From NCBI RefSeq assembly GCF_030144855.1, contig NC_082710.1, positions 25,110,001 to 25,174,000 of the forward strand: DNA of 64,000 nt, read 5' to 3'. Position numbers and translations under genes: made by a program. Positions 13,661 to 24,871 of the stretch are shown one piece after another (within the stretch, counting starts at the first letter, position 1; the number at the start of each line of letters is the position of its first letter). The notes beneath the pieces were generated by a model. That model was not told where the DNA came from. It did no database searches and saw only the letters and a program-made list of their open reading frames with translations. Source of the DNA: Hypanus sabinus. Lineage: Eukaryota.

Positions 13661-13989
13661 ACTGAGCAGGAAGACAGCAAAGGTTGGCATCAATCCCAGA
13701 GTAGCGCCATGCTGCCATTCAGCCCATCAAGGCCCTGTTGACTCATTGACAAATCCCAAGTAGCTAAAGATCTACATATCAGAGTTTTGAAAGAGGCAGC
13801 TTTGAACACAAGCTTTGATTATCACCTTCTGAATTTCTTTACTTTCTGAAATGACTCCTACCAATTAGTCAGCAATTAATTACTAACACATTACCCTAGC
13901 ATCTGTGGGAAATTGCTCGAATCCTTAAAGAAACAACCAAAAATAGTTAAGATGGCGCAAAGTCAGCAAATGTGATAAGAAAATCACAT

Positions 13990-15290
13990 TTGCTTAATCT
14001 ATTTGAGCTCTTTCAAGGCATGACAGTTGGAATAAATAGGGTGAAAACCAATGTAGGGAGCTTTTGAGCCCTGCACAGGAAGTTGGCCAACAAACTTGAG
14101 AGCATACAGAAATGAGGAAGGTGGTTGTAAAATACTACACATATCAGAAAACAGTGACTTGGGGAAAAAAGGTCTATCTCAGGGGCCAGGCATTACTACT
14201 GGGTTAACATAAAACACTTTCTCCAATCTACAACATATCAAATATTACATAGCCATGCTTGGAGTTGATACAAAACTAGGCGGGATTGTGGGGGCGGGGG
14301 GAGGGGGAGGATGTAAAGAGACATCCAGGGACACAGAAAGCTCAGAGAGTAGGAAAGGACATGAATACAGAGTGGACAAATGCAAAGTCATCCACTTTGG
14401 TGCACAAGACAGAAAAGTAGATTATGTTGCAAATTGTGTTCAATATTACAGGAGAGTGCAGAGCACACAGGAGGCCAGCCTGCAGGATCTTCAACTGAAC
14501 TTTACTGATAACGTCGTGAGTACGTGAGCTTCCATGTGGGAGTAGCTGAGTGACAGGGATAGCCTTATTTAACTACCACTACATAAATGGAGTCAAACCG
14601 GCGACATCCCCATATATACATGTCACTGTGAGAATGTGAAGAGGGTAAAAGGTACGTGTAGAGGGGGTGGGCGAGGGGTAAGTATATGCATGTCACTGGA
14701 AGCTAACATACAGGTTCACCAAGTAGTTGGGAATGCAACCGCCATGTCTGCCTTTATTACAAGAAAATGATCTGGATAAAGACATCAAGCTGCAATTTTA
14801 TAGAGATTGATTACCATGCTAAAATTGAGTTGACAAAAAAATGGGTTCCATTGAGGAACTGCAACAAACATTCACTGGGACTCGATGCCAGATGATGTAT
14901 TTTCACCTGAAAGCGGTTACAACAACCAGACTATACTCCCAAGTTGAAGAATGAGAGAAAATCCCATTGAAACTTACAAATGTCTTCCGGAGTCTGACAA
15001 AATAGGTGCAGAAAAGCTACTTCATCTGGCTGAGGAGTCTAGAACAAGGGCACAGTCTCAGAATTAGGAATGGGCTTTTTAAGACCAAAATTGTTTACTC
15101 AAGAGGTGAATCTTTGGAACTTCCCACCAAAAAGAGCTGTAATATCTCAGCTATTGAATTCTATCAAAACAGATGGATAGAGTGGGGATAGTCCAAAAAA
15201 ATGGCATGGTGGTAGAAGCCAGGATCATGGTGAATACTTGGAGGGCCACATAATCTAACACTCCTTCCACTTCTTGCACGCCTATCTTGC
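13990..15290 (+). mobile_element. Old CR1 remnants in TMED7 intron 1
   Basis: DTKLGG, DKCKVIHFG, GHSLRIR remnants. Confidence 0.65.
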
Positions 15291-15732
15291 CACAACTCAA
15301 ACTTAGAGGTGAACAAAAGTGCTGAAAGTCAAACAACAGCTTTTTTTTTTGTTTTACAGTGCTGGACCTATTAGGTTATGTCAGTTTAGCAGTGGCAAAA
15401 TAAAAATATGTTCACAGTTTGACACTTCATTGGAAGTATCAAAACTAACACTTCCTTTCTATTTTTGCAAGACCACACTAAGTTCCACTGCGCAATGCAG
15501 ATCCTGTTGAATGTGTGCCTTCAAACACCTGTACCTTCTCCCTGATGATAGTACTGAGATGAGGGCATGGTCCACATGGTGAGAATCCTCAATGACAGGT
15601 GCCACCTTTATGAGGCACCACCTTCTGAGGATATCCCCTATGATGGGAAAGCCTGTACCCACGAAGCAGCTGGCTGACTCTATAACCCCCCCCCCCCCCC
15701 CCGCATCCTGTGCTTTGGAACCTCCATACTAG

Positions 15733-16534
15733 CAACACACACAAAATGCTGGAGGAATTCAGCAGGCCAGGCAGCATCAATGGAGAAAAGCAGATACAAC
15801 GTTTCAGGCCGAGACCTTTTGGCAGGACTGGAGAAAAAAGCTGAGGAGTAGATTTGAAAGGTGGGAGGAGGGAAGAGAGAACCAACCAGGTGATGGGTGA
15901 AATTTGCAAGGGGGAGGGATGAAGCAAAGAGCTAGGAAATTGATTACTGAAAGAGACAGAAAGCCATGGAAGAAAGAAAAAAGGGAAGGGGGATGAGCAC
16001 CAAAGAGAGACAATAGGCGGGCAAGGAGAGGGAAAAAGGGATGGGAAATGGTGAAGTGGGGGGGGGGGGGAGGCAATACTGTAAGTTTAAGAAATCGATG
16101 TTCATGCCATCAGGTTGCAGGCTACCCAAATGGAATACAAGTTGTTCCTCCAACTTTAAGTGTGGCCTTTTCATGGCAGTGGAGGAGGCCATGGATGGAC
16201 ATATCAGAATGGGAAAGGGAAATGGAATTAAAATAGGTGGCCACCAGAAGATCCCACTTGTTCTAGCAGAGCATAGATGCTTGGTGAACTGGTCTCCCAG
16301 TCTTCCTGGCTCTTTGTGTTATCTGCCCCTCCCCATCAAGTTTCACCCTCCCATCCCCCCACCTTTCAAATCTACTCCACAACTCTTTTTTCCTCCAATC
16401 CTGCCGAAGTGCTTCAGCCCGAAACGTCAACTATGCCTTTTTCCATAGAGGCTGCCTGGCCTGCTGAGTTCCTCCAGCATTTTGTAAATGTTGCTTGGAT
16501 TTCCAGCATCTGCAGATTTTCTCTTGTTTGTGAT
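15733..16534. mobile_element. Penelope-like insertion with inverted terminal repeats and 11-bp TSD
   Basis: TSD CTCCATACTAG (15722-15732, 16535-16545). LKLEEQLVFHLGSLQPDGMNIDF on the minus strand; terminal repeat present in both orientations. Confidence 0.88.
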
Positions 16535-17489
16535 CTCCATACTAGGCTGTTAAGCAATCAGTTCTACAGTGTTCTTCACTGCAGTCAAGGTAACACATAA
16601 CATTAACTTGACCACCAAAAAAGTTTCTTCTATGCTGTATTCAATATCCAGGTTGACACACACTAGACACAAAGTTGGGACCACAACCCTCTTCCTCCTA
16701 GCAGCAAATTGTTCTTTTGAAAAATAGAAACTTCCCAGGTTACACAGGGTGTCCAAGAATTACCAGTAACCCAAACTTTCAGTAAGACAGAGAAGCCATT
16801 GGCTGAATCTACAGAAGCTCAACTAACAGGTTAATTAGCTACAGATTAGATAAAAAATATAAATGTTCACTACTGATTCAAAGCATTCCAGGTGACCGAG
16901 TGCCTGACTAGAGTTTCAACTTGCATTTAGCGATGCACATTTAAGCCTTGCACTCTGCAATCTCTCAGTTATTAGAGAACAAGCACCAAACTGAGAAATC
17001 CAGGTACCTATGAGAGAATGCCAAATCTCAACTAACACGAATACAGGAAAAAAATACTATTCTCCATTGGAATCTCATGTTTTACACACTATACCCAAAA
17101 ATGGTGTCACACCTCAGACGTATCACCTTGAACAACCAGCATGCCCCCTTTCCTCTGCTCCAGTTTCTCCTCAAAAATACATCTTTTCTTGCTTACCACT
17201 CCCTTCCATTACCCCTGCTTCTCCCCTTCCCCAAGGGAACCATTATCCTCTCTGCAATTTCTCTCTTCATCCTCATCAAACCAATCACTCCACATTCTTC
17301 ATACTTCACTTCCACCCACCACTCCCCCAGCCTTGCTCTCTGCTGACCCGTTGTATAAACCTTTATGCAGCCCCCCAAAACATCCTGCTGCCTCACTTTC
17401 AGTTGACCCCCTCACTGTCTGCAGTCTTCTAAACCCGCTCCCCTCACCAACTTGCTTCAAGCAACCCAGCTGACTCAAAACCCCGAAGA

Positions 17490-17935
17490 CCACCTGCACC
17501 CTGGTCGCCTCGCTCCCTGCACCCCAGCTGCCTACTTCCCCCCAGAACCCCAGCTGTTTGTCTCCCCCCAGATTCCCCCCCAACACCCCAGCCATCTGCC
17601 TCCTTCCAGATCCCTGTACCCCAGCCGTCTCCCTCCCCCCTCCCATGGCCATCTGCCTCCCTCCAGACCCCCTGCACCCCGGCCGTCTGCCTCCCTCCAG
17701 ACCCCCTGCACCCCGGCAGTCTTCCTCCCTCCAGACCCCCTACACCCTGGCCGTCTGCCTCCTTCCAGATCCCCGTACCCCAGCTGTCTGCCTCCCTCCC
17801 AACCCCACCCACACCCCGGTCGTCTACCTCTCCCCAGACCAATCCCCGCACATCTGCCTCCTTCCAGACCCCCTGCACCCCGGCCGTCTGCCTCCCCCAG
17901 ACTCCATGTACCCAGGCCGTCTGCCTCTCTAGAGT
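17490..17935. repeat. C-rich ~34-37-bp minisatellite in TMED7 intron 1 (CCCTGCACCCCGGCCGTCTGCCTCCCTCCAGACC), ~12 degenerate units
   Basis: Repeated ccctgcaccccggccgtctgcctcc.tccaga motif; the overlapping Pro/Gly-rich ORFs are artefacts of it. Confidence 0.88.
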
Positions 17936-18202
17936 CCACCCCCCCCCCCCCGCATCCTACTGTCTAGCTCTCCCCAGCCCCCACCATCAACACGTCCATT
18001 ATCTCAGCCTTGTGGAGTTACTCACTGCAATCCCCCACCCCTGCGACCATCTTACTTTGAAACCCCACTATCCTTCATCGCTCTCTATACCCCAAATCCC
18101 TTTTATCACACAGCCCCCCTGCAACTCACTCCCTGCAGTTTCTCTTCCCTTCCCGACAACCTCCATTCATTCCTCAGCCTCCACTCTCCCAGACAACCTC
18201 AC

Positions 18203-18355
18203 CTGGAACTCCAGCGTGCACTTGGTGCCCTGTATGATGTCCTCGTAGAAGCACTGCTTGGCGTTGTCCGGGAGCTCGAAGGTGAGCTCGGAGCCTCGGA
18301 CCAGCGGCCACAGGAGCTGGGCCCACAGCAGCTGCAGCAACAGGCTGGCCCACAT
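18203..18355 (-). CDS. TMED7: TMED7 coding exon 1 (signal peptide and start of GOLD domain)
   Basis: ATG at 18355 gives [51 protein letters not shown], the p24-gamma/TMED7 signature. Ends at CAG|GTGAGG donor; 153 nt, phase 0. Confidence 0.96.
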
Positions 18356-18630
18356 ACCGGCTCGGATAGGCCTTCGGTATCTCGCGAGCCGGTGCCGTCT
18401 GGAAAGGAGAGAGTGGCTGGGGAAACGGGGGCCGCAGGTCGAACAGAAACCGCCCGTTTGCACCGTAACCGGCAGCGGCGGCGGCTCCCGGATGTCAAGG
18501 CACAGGAACCAGACGTGGCAGCGCGGCCTCACCCGGATGTGTGACCTCTCACCCCTCGGCCGGAAAGGAACACAACACCTGCGCAGTCGAGTGTGGAGCC
18601 GGGAGCCGGCAGGTGGCAGCAAGGCCGGTC
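18230..18630 (-). promoter_or_regulatory. CpG-island promoter/5' UTR of TMED7
   Basis: High GC and CpG content around exon 1. ETS-type CCGGATGT at 18488 and 18533 and CCGGAAAG at 18560; XBP1/CREB3-like GACGTGGCA at 18512-18520; TGCGCA at 18580. Confidence 0.75.
18606..18620 (+). promoter_or_regulatory. CTCF-like motif at promoter/minisatellite junction
   Basis: CCGGCAGGTGGCAGC matches CCRSYAGRKGGCRSY. Confidence 0.5.
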
Positions 18631-21600
18631 TGTGAACGGTCCGGTAACAGTTCACGTGTTCCTGTCAACGGTCCGGTAACAGTTCGTGTGTTCCTGTCAA
18701 CGGTCCGGTCACGGTTCGTGTGTTCCTGTCAACGGTCCGGTAACAGTTCGTGTGTTCCTGTCAACGGTCCGGTCACGGTTCGTGTGTTCCTGTCAACGGT
18801 CCGGTAACAGTTCGTGTGTTCCTGTCAACGGTCCGGTAACAGTTCGTGTGTTCCTGTCAACGGTCCGGTAACAGTTCGTGTGTTCCTGTCAACGGTCCGG
18901 TAACAGTTCGTGTGTTCCTGTCAACGGTCCGGTAACAGTTCGTGTGTTCCTGTCAACGGTCCGGTAACAGTTCGTGTGTTCCTGTCAACGGTCCGGTAAC
19001 AGTTCGTGTGTTCCTGTCAACGGTCCGGTCACGGTTCGTGTGTTCCTGCGAACGGTCCGGTAACGGTTCGTGTGTTCCTGTCAACGGTCCGGTAACGGTT
19101 CGTGTGTTCCTGTCAACGGTCCGGTAACGGTTCGTGTGTTCCTGCGAACGGTCCGGTAACGGTTCGTGTGTTCCTGTGAACGGTCCGGTAACAGTTCGTG
19201 TGTTCCTGTCAATGGTCCGGTAACGGTTCGTGTGTTCCTGCGAACGGTCCGGTAACGGTTCGTGTGTTCCTGTCAACGGTCCGGTAACGGTTCGTGTGTT
19301 CCTGTGAACGGTCCGGTAACAGTTCGTGTGTTCCTGTCAACGGTCCGGTCACGGTTCGTGTGTTCCTGCGAACGGTCCGGTCACGGTTCGTGTGTTCCTG
19401 TCAACGGTCCGGTAACGGTTCGTGTGTTCCTGTCAATGGTCCGGTAACGGTTCGTGTGTTCCTGTCAACGGTCCGGTAACAGTTCGTGTGTTCCTGTGAA
19501 CGGTCCGGTAACAGTTCGTGTGTTCCTGTCAACGGTCCGGTAACGGTTCGTGTGTTCCTGTCAACGGTCCGGTAACGGTTCGTGTGTTCCTGTCAACGGT
19601 CCGGTAACAGTTCGTGTGTTCCTGTCAACGGTCCGGTCACGGTTCGTGTGTTCCTGCGAACGGTCCGGTAACGGTTCGTGTGTTCCTGTCAACGGTGCGG
19701 TAACGGTTCGTGTGTTCCTGCCAACGGTGCGGTCACGGTTCGTGTGTTCCTGCCAACGGTGCGGTCACGGTTCGTGTGTTCCTGTCAACGGTCCGGTACC
19801 GGTTCGTGTGTTCCTGCCAACGGTCCGGTACCGGTTCGTGTGTTCCTGCCAACGGTGCGGTCGCAGTTCGTGTGTTCCTGCCAACGGTGCGGTCGCAGTT
19901 GGTGTGTTCCTGCGAACGGTGCGGTCGCAGTTGGTGTGTTCCTGCGAACGGTCGGATAACAGTTGGTGTGTTCCTGCGAACGGTGCGGTCGCAGTTGGTG
20001 TGTTCCTGCGAACGGTGCGGTCGCAGTTGGTGTGTTCCTGCGAACGGTGCGGTCGCAGTTCGTGTGTTCCTGCGAACGGTGCGGTCGCGGTTCGTGTGTT
20101 CCTGCGAACGGTCCGGTCGTGGTTCGTGTGTTCCTGCCAACGGTCCGGTAGCGGTTCGTGTGTTCCTGCCAACGGTCCGGTCACGGTTCGCGTGTTCCTG
20201 CCAACGGTCCGGTAACGGTTCGCGTGTTCCTGCCAACGGTCCGGTAACGGTTCGCGTGTTCCTGTCAACGGTCCGGTCACGGTTCGCGTGTTCCTGTCAA
20301 CGGTCCGGTCACGGTTCGCGTGTTCCTGTCAACGGTCCGGTCACGGTTCGCGTGTTCCTGTCAACGGTCCGGTCACGGTTCGCGTGTTCCTGTCAACGGT
20401 CCGGTCACGGTTCGCGTGTTCCTGCCAACGGTCCGGTCACGGTTCGCGTGTTCCTGCCAACGGTCCGGTAACGGTTCGCGTGTTCCTGCCAACGGTCCGG
20501 TCGCAGTTCGTGTGTTCCTGCCAACGGTCCGGTCGCAGTTCGTGTGTTCCTGCCAACGGTCCGGTCGCAGTTCGTGTGTTCCTGCCAACGGTCCGGTCGC
20601 AGTTCGTGTGTTCCTGCCAACGGTCCGGTCGCAGTTCGTGTGTTCCTGCCAACGGTCCGGTCGCAGTTCGTGTGTTCCTGCGAACGGTCCGGTAACGGTT
20701 CGTGTGTTCCTGCGAACGGTCCGGTAACGGTTCGTGTGTTCCTGCGAACGGTCCGGTAACGGTTCGTGTGTTCCTGCGAACGGTCCGGTAACGGTTCGTG
20801 TGTTCCTGCGAACGGTCCGGTAACGGTTCGTGTGTTCCTGCGAACGGTCCGGTAACGGTTCGTGTGTTCCTGTCAACGGTCCGGTAACGGTTCGTGTGTT
20901 CCTGTCAACGGTCCGGTCACGGTTCGTGTGTTCCTGTCAACGGTCCGGTAACGGTTGGTGTGTTCCTGCCAACGGTCCGGTACCGGTTGGTGTGTTCCTG
21001 CCAACGGTGCGGTCGCAGTTGGTGTGTTCCTGCGAACGGTGCGGTCGCAGTTGGTGTGTTCCTGCGAACGGTCGGATAACAGTTGGTGTGTTCCTGCGAA
21101 CGGTGCGGTCGCAGTTGGTGTGTTCCTGCGAACGGTGCGGTCGCAGTTCGTGTGTTCCTGCGAACGGTGCGGTCGCAGTTCGTGTGTTCCTGCGAACGGT
21201 GCGGTCGCAGTTCGTGTGTTCCTGCGAACGGTGCGGTCGCAGTTCGTGTGTTCCTGAGAACGGTCCGGTAGCAGTTCGTGTGTTCCCGCCAACGGTCCGG
21301 TAGCAGTTCGTGTGTTCCCGCCAACGGTCCGGTCACAGTTCGTGTGTTCCCGCCAACGGTCCGGTAACAGTTCGTGTGTTCCCGCCAACGGTCCGGTCAC
21401 AGTTCGTGTGTTCCCGCCAACGGTCCGGTCACAGTTCGTGTGTTCCCGCGAACGTTCTGGTAACAGTTCGTGTGTTCCCGTGAACGGTGCGGTCGCAGTT
21501 CGTGTGTTCCCGTGAACGGTGCGGTCGCAGTTCGTGTGTTCCTGCCAACGGTGCGGTCGCAGTTCGTGTGTTCCTGCCAACGGTCCGGTCGCAGTTCGTG

Positions 21601-21920
21601 TGTTCCCGCCAACGGTCCGGTCACAGTTCGTGTGTTCCCGCCAACGGTCCGGTCACAGTTCGTGTGTTCCCGCCAACGGTCCGGTCACCAGTTCGTGTGT
21701 TCCCGCCAACGGTCCGGTCACAGTTCGTGTGTTCCCGCGAACGTTCTGGTAACAGTTCGTGTGTTCCCGTGAACGGTGCGGTCGCAGTTCGTGTGTTCCC
21801 GTGAACGGTGCGGTCGCAGTTCGTGTGTTCCTGTAAACAGTCCGGTCACAGTTCATATGGTCCTGTGAATGGTCAGGTAACCAGTTCATGTGTTCCTGTG
21901 AACGGTCCGGTAACCAGTTC
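18631..21920. repeat. 32-bp minisatellite, ~100 units, consensus GTTCGTGTGTTCCTGTCAACGGTCCGGTAACR
   Basis: Directly visible head-to-tail 32-bp period with no unique spacers; degenerate final units at ~21830-21920. Confidence 0.98.
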
Positions 21921-21974
21921 TAGATCCCCTTGTGTTCTTATGAATGGCCTAGTAATCAGAGAGAGAGCCCCCCC

Positions 21975-22165
21975 TACACACACATTGCTTGAGGAACTCA
22001 ACGGGTCAGGCAGCATGTGTGGAGGGAAATAAGTAGTCGATTTTTTCCGACCAACGCCCTTCATCAGGACTGGAAATTCTCCCTTCTGCTTGACTGTATA
22101 GATGCTGCCTACCTTGCTGAGACTTTGTCTGTTACTCAAGGTTTCCAGCATTTGCAGAATATCTA
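21975..22165. mobile_element. Penelope-like terminal repeats in inverted pair
   Basis: acacacattgcttgaggaactca...cccttcatcaggactgg, then atagatgctgcct...tttccagcatttgcag. Confidence 0.72.
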
Positions 22166-22560
22166 GCGAGTAAGAAGAGCCTTGTACTTATGGGAGTAGA
22201 ACTGAGACTAGACAGAATCAGGTTTAATATCATTGGCACATGTCATGAAGTTTGTTGCTATGCGGCAGTGGTGTATTGTAATACAAAATAATAATAAACA
22301 CTATAAATTATAATTATCATAAATGTTCATGTGTTCATTGTCCATTCAGAAATCTGATGGCAGAGGGGAAGAAGCTGTTCCTGAGGCACTTATTGTGTGT
22401 CTTCAGGTTCCTGTATCTCTTTGTTGATGGTAACAATGAGAAGAGTTCAAGTCAAGTTTAACTATTATTCAACCGTACATGAATTCAGCCAAACCAGCCG
22501 GGTCCAAGGTGCAAAACATACACAGCACATTCAAGATAGGAAGCAAAACATATAGCCACA

Positions 22561-22561
22561 C

Positions 22562-22605
<44 letters not shown>

Positions 22606-22607
22606 TA
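22561..22607. repeat. (TA)n(TG)n(TA)n microsatellite
   Basis: Direct observation. Confidence 0.9.
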
Positions 22608-23386
22608 AAACGCCCAAGTCACTGAGTGATTATGTCCCACAAATTGATGGTGCATTTTCATCAGTCCACGGAGTCGCAGATGAACACGCGCTATGCAACT
22701 TGTCATTCCACCGATTGAACACTTGAGGGCAGCCCCAACCCAACGTAGGCACTGCACTACACCACCTCCTGGACTGAAGCAGCAGGCAGTTCATAGACAT
22801 CGTGTAACTTGGAGGAGAACTAGAAATAGAGAAACTGAAATTATGGCCAATCTGTAGTAAAGACTGAAGTCACTTCAAGTTTTTGGCCATTCAACAATTT
22901 TACTTTAATTTCAGAGAACATTTGGTATTCAAAGTATATCCATCATTGTTCCTGGTCACATGAAGTGTGCTTTTGGATTGTTATTGAGATTTAAATGATT
23001 TGGCACAGACTAGATAGGCCAAAGAACCTGTTTCTGTGTTTTGCTTTTCCATGACTCTTATTTACTTTGGGATATCTAAGTTCAACCTAAATTTATCATT
23101 GAAGTATGAATATGTCACCATAAACCTCATTGAGATTCATTTCATTTTCTTGAAGGCATTTACAGGACGATACAATAGAATTTATGAAAAGCTTTACAAT
23201 AAAGACTGGCAACATCCCAAGTGCAGAAGAGGTCAAATTGAGCAAATTATAAGTAAAAAAGAAGTAAGTAAATGATAGTGAGTTGTTTTGAAGGCGCGTC
23301 CATCAGTTGTGGAATCAGTTCAGTGCTGAGGTGAGTGAGGTTATCCACGTTGTTTCAGGAGCTGATTTCATGTGGCATTGCTCCTT

Positions 23387-23631
23387 GTAAATGTGCTCAG
23401 TAATGGGGAGGGATTTTTCTGCGACAGACCGGGCTGAATCCACCAATGGTAAATGTTCTCAGTAATGGGGAGGACTTTTTCTGTGACGGACTGGGCTGAA
23501 TCCACCAATGGTAAATGTGCTCAGTAATGGGGAGGGCTTTTTCTGTGACGGACTGGGCTGAATCCACCAATGGTAAATGTGCTTAGTAATAGGGAGGGCT
23601 TTTTCTTTGACGGACTGGGCTGAATCCACCA
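23387..23631. repeat. 62-bp tandem repeat x4 inside a Rex-type LINE remnant
   Basis: GTAAATGTGCTCAGTAATGGGGAGG...GGGCTGAATCCACCAATG units start at 23387, 23449, 23511 and 23573. Confidence 0.93.
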
Positions 23632-23716
23632 CTTGTTGACTTTTCCATTCCTGGGTATTGATGTTTCAACACCAGGCCATGAGGCCACCAGTCAAGATAC
23701 TCTGCACCGTGCAGTT

Positions 23717-24640
23717 ACATTGGGTCTCACCAATGTAGAAAAAGCCGCATTGGAGTCACCGCACGCAATAGACAACACCAACAGACTTGCAGGTGAAATG
23801 TTACCACAGTTGGAAGGACTGTCAGGGGCCCTGAATGAGCCGAGGGAATAGTTGGAAGGGCAGGTGTCGCTCTTCTTCCACTTTCAGGGGTTAGTGCCAA
23901 GAGGGGAATTAGTGGAGAGCATCAAATAGACAAGGGAATCACAGATCAAGGGAATTCCAGTGGAAAGTGAAGAGTGCGGGGGGGGGGGGGGGTAAAAATT
24001 TGTTTGGTGTTAGGACCCAATTGAAGATGGCAGAAGTTGTGGAGGAAAACGAGTTGGGGGTCCACTTTATTGAGCACCTTTGCTCCATCCGCAAAAAGCA
24101 GTACTTCCCTATGGCCAACCATTTTAATTTCAATCCCTGATCCCATTCTGGCATGTCAATCCATGGCCTCCTCTACTGTCACTATGAAGCCACTCTCAGG
24201 TTGGAGGAGCAACACCTCATATTCCTTCTGGGTAGCCTCCAACCAAATGACATGAACTTCTATTTCCACTTCCCCTTTCCCTCTTCTTCCATTCCCCACT
24301 CTAGCTGCCCTTTTACCTCTTCTCTCCTCCTCACCTTCCCCAGGGCCCTTCCTCCCCTTTCTCCCTCGGTCCATTCTATTTCTATCACATTCCTCCTTCT
24401 TCAGCCCTTCACCTTTTCCACTTTTCACCTCCCAGCTTCTAACATCATCCTTCCCCTCCCACACCCACCTAGCTTCACCTGTCACCTTCCAGCTTGTACT
24501 TCTTCCTCTGCCTGATCTTGTTATTCTGCCTTCTTCCCCCTTCCTTTCCAGTTCTGAAGAAGAGGCTTGGCCTGTAACATCAATTGTTTAATCCTTTCCA
24601 TAGATGCTGTCTGGCCTGCATTTTGTATGTGCTACTCAAA
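23717..24640. mobile_element. Penelope-like element with 5' inversion inside the GIY-YIG domain
   Basis: FYIGETQ is on the minus strand at ~23720-23745; the continuation (EHLCSIRKK..FPMANHFN, RLEEQHLIFLLGSLQPNDMNF) is on the plus strand from ~24050. Confidence 0.8.
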
Positions 24641-24871
24641 ATTGTCTTTATTGTTATTTGCTCAAGTTCATGTATGCGCAGCTACAGTGAAAAACTGGCT
24701 TGCAGCAGCATCACAAGCACACAGTGTCCTATGAGCAGTATTCACAAGAAAAACATAAATTATGCATATTATACACAATTTTTTTACAAAAATACAATGT
24801 GAATTCTTAAAAACAACAAAATCCATCTTAGTGCAAAGTGGTCATAGTGTTGCTAAGCTATACTGATTAGT

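Noticed and set aside
17010-18250. Pro/Gly-rich ORFs in intron 1
   Set aside because: Low-complexity by-products of the C-rich minisatellite and pyrimidine skew.
18356-18655. 100-codon N-terminal extension of TMED7 in the ORF track
   Set aside because: It starts at a non-ATG codon inside the first repeat unit and spans promoter motifs. The ATG at 18355 gives a normal signal peptide.
18631-21920. CRISPR array or repetitive protein (many Cys/Val/Arg-rich ORFs)
   Set aside because: Units are contiguous with no unique spacers, there are no cas genes, and the context is vertebrate. The ORFs appear in all frames simply from the 32-bp period.
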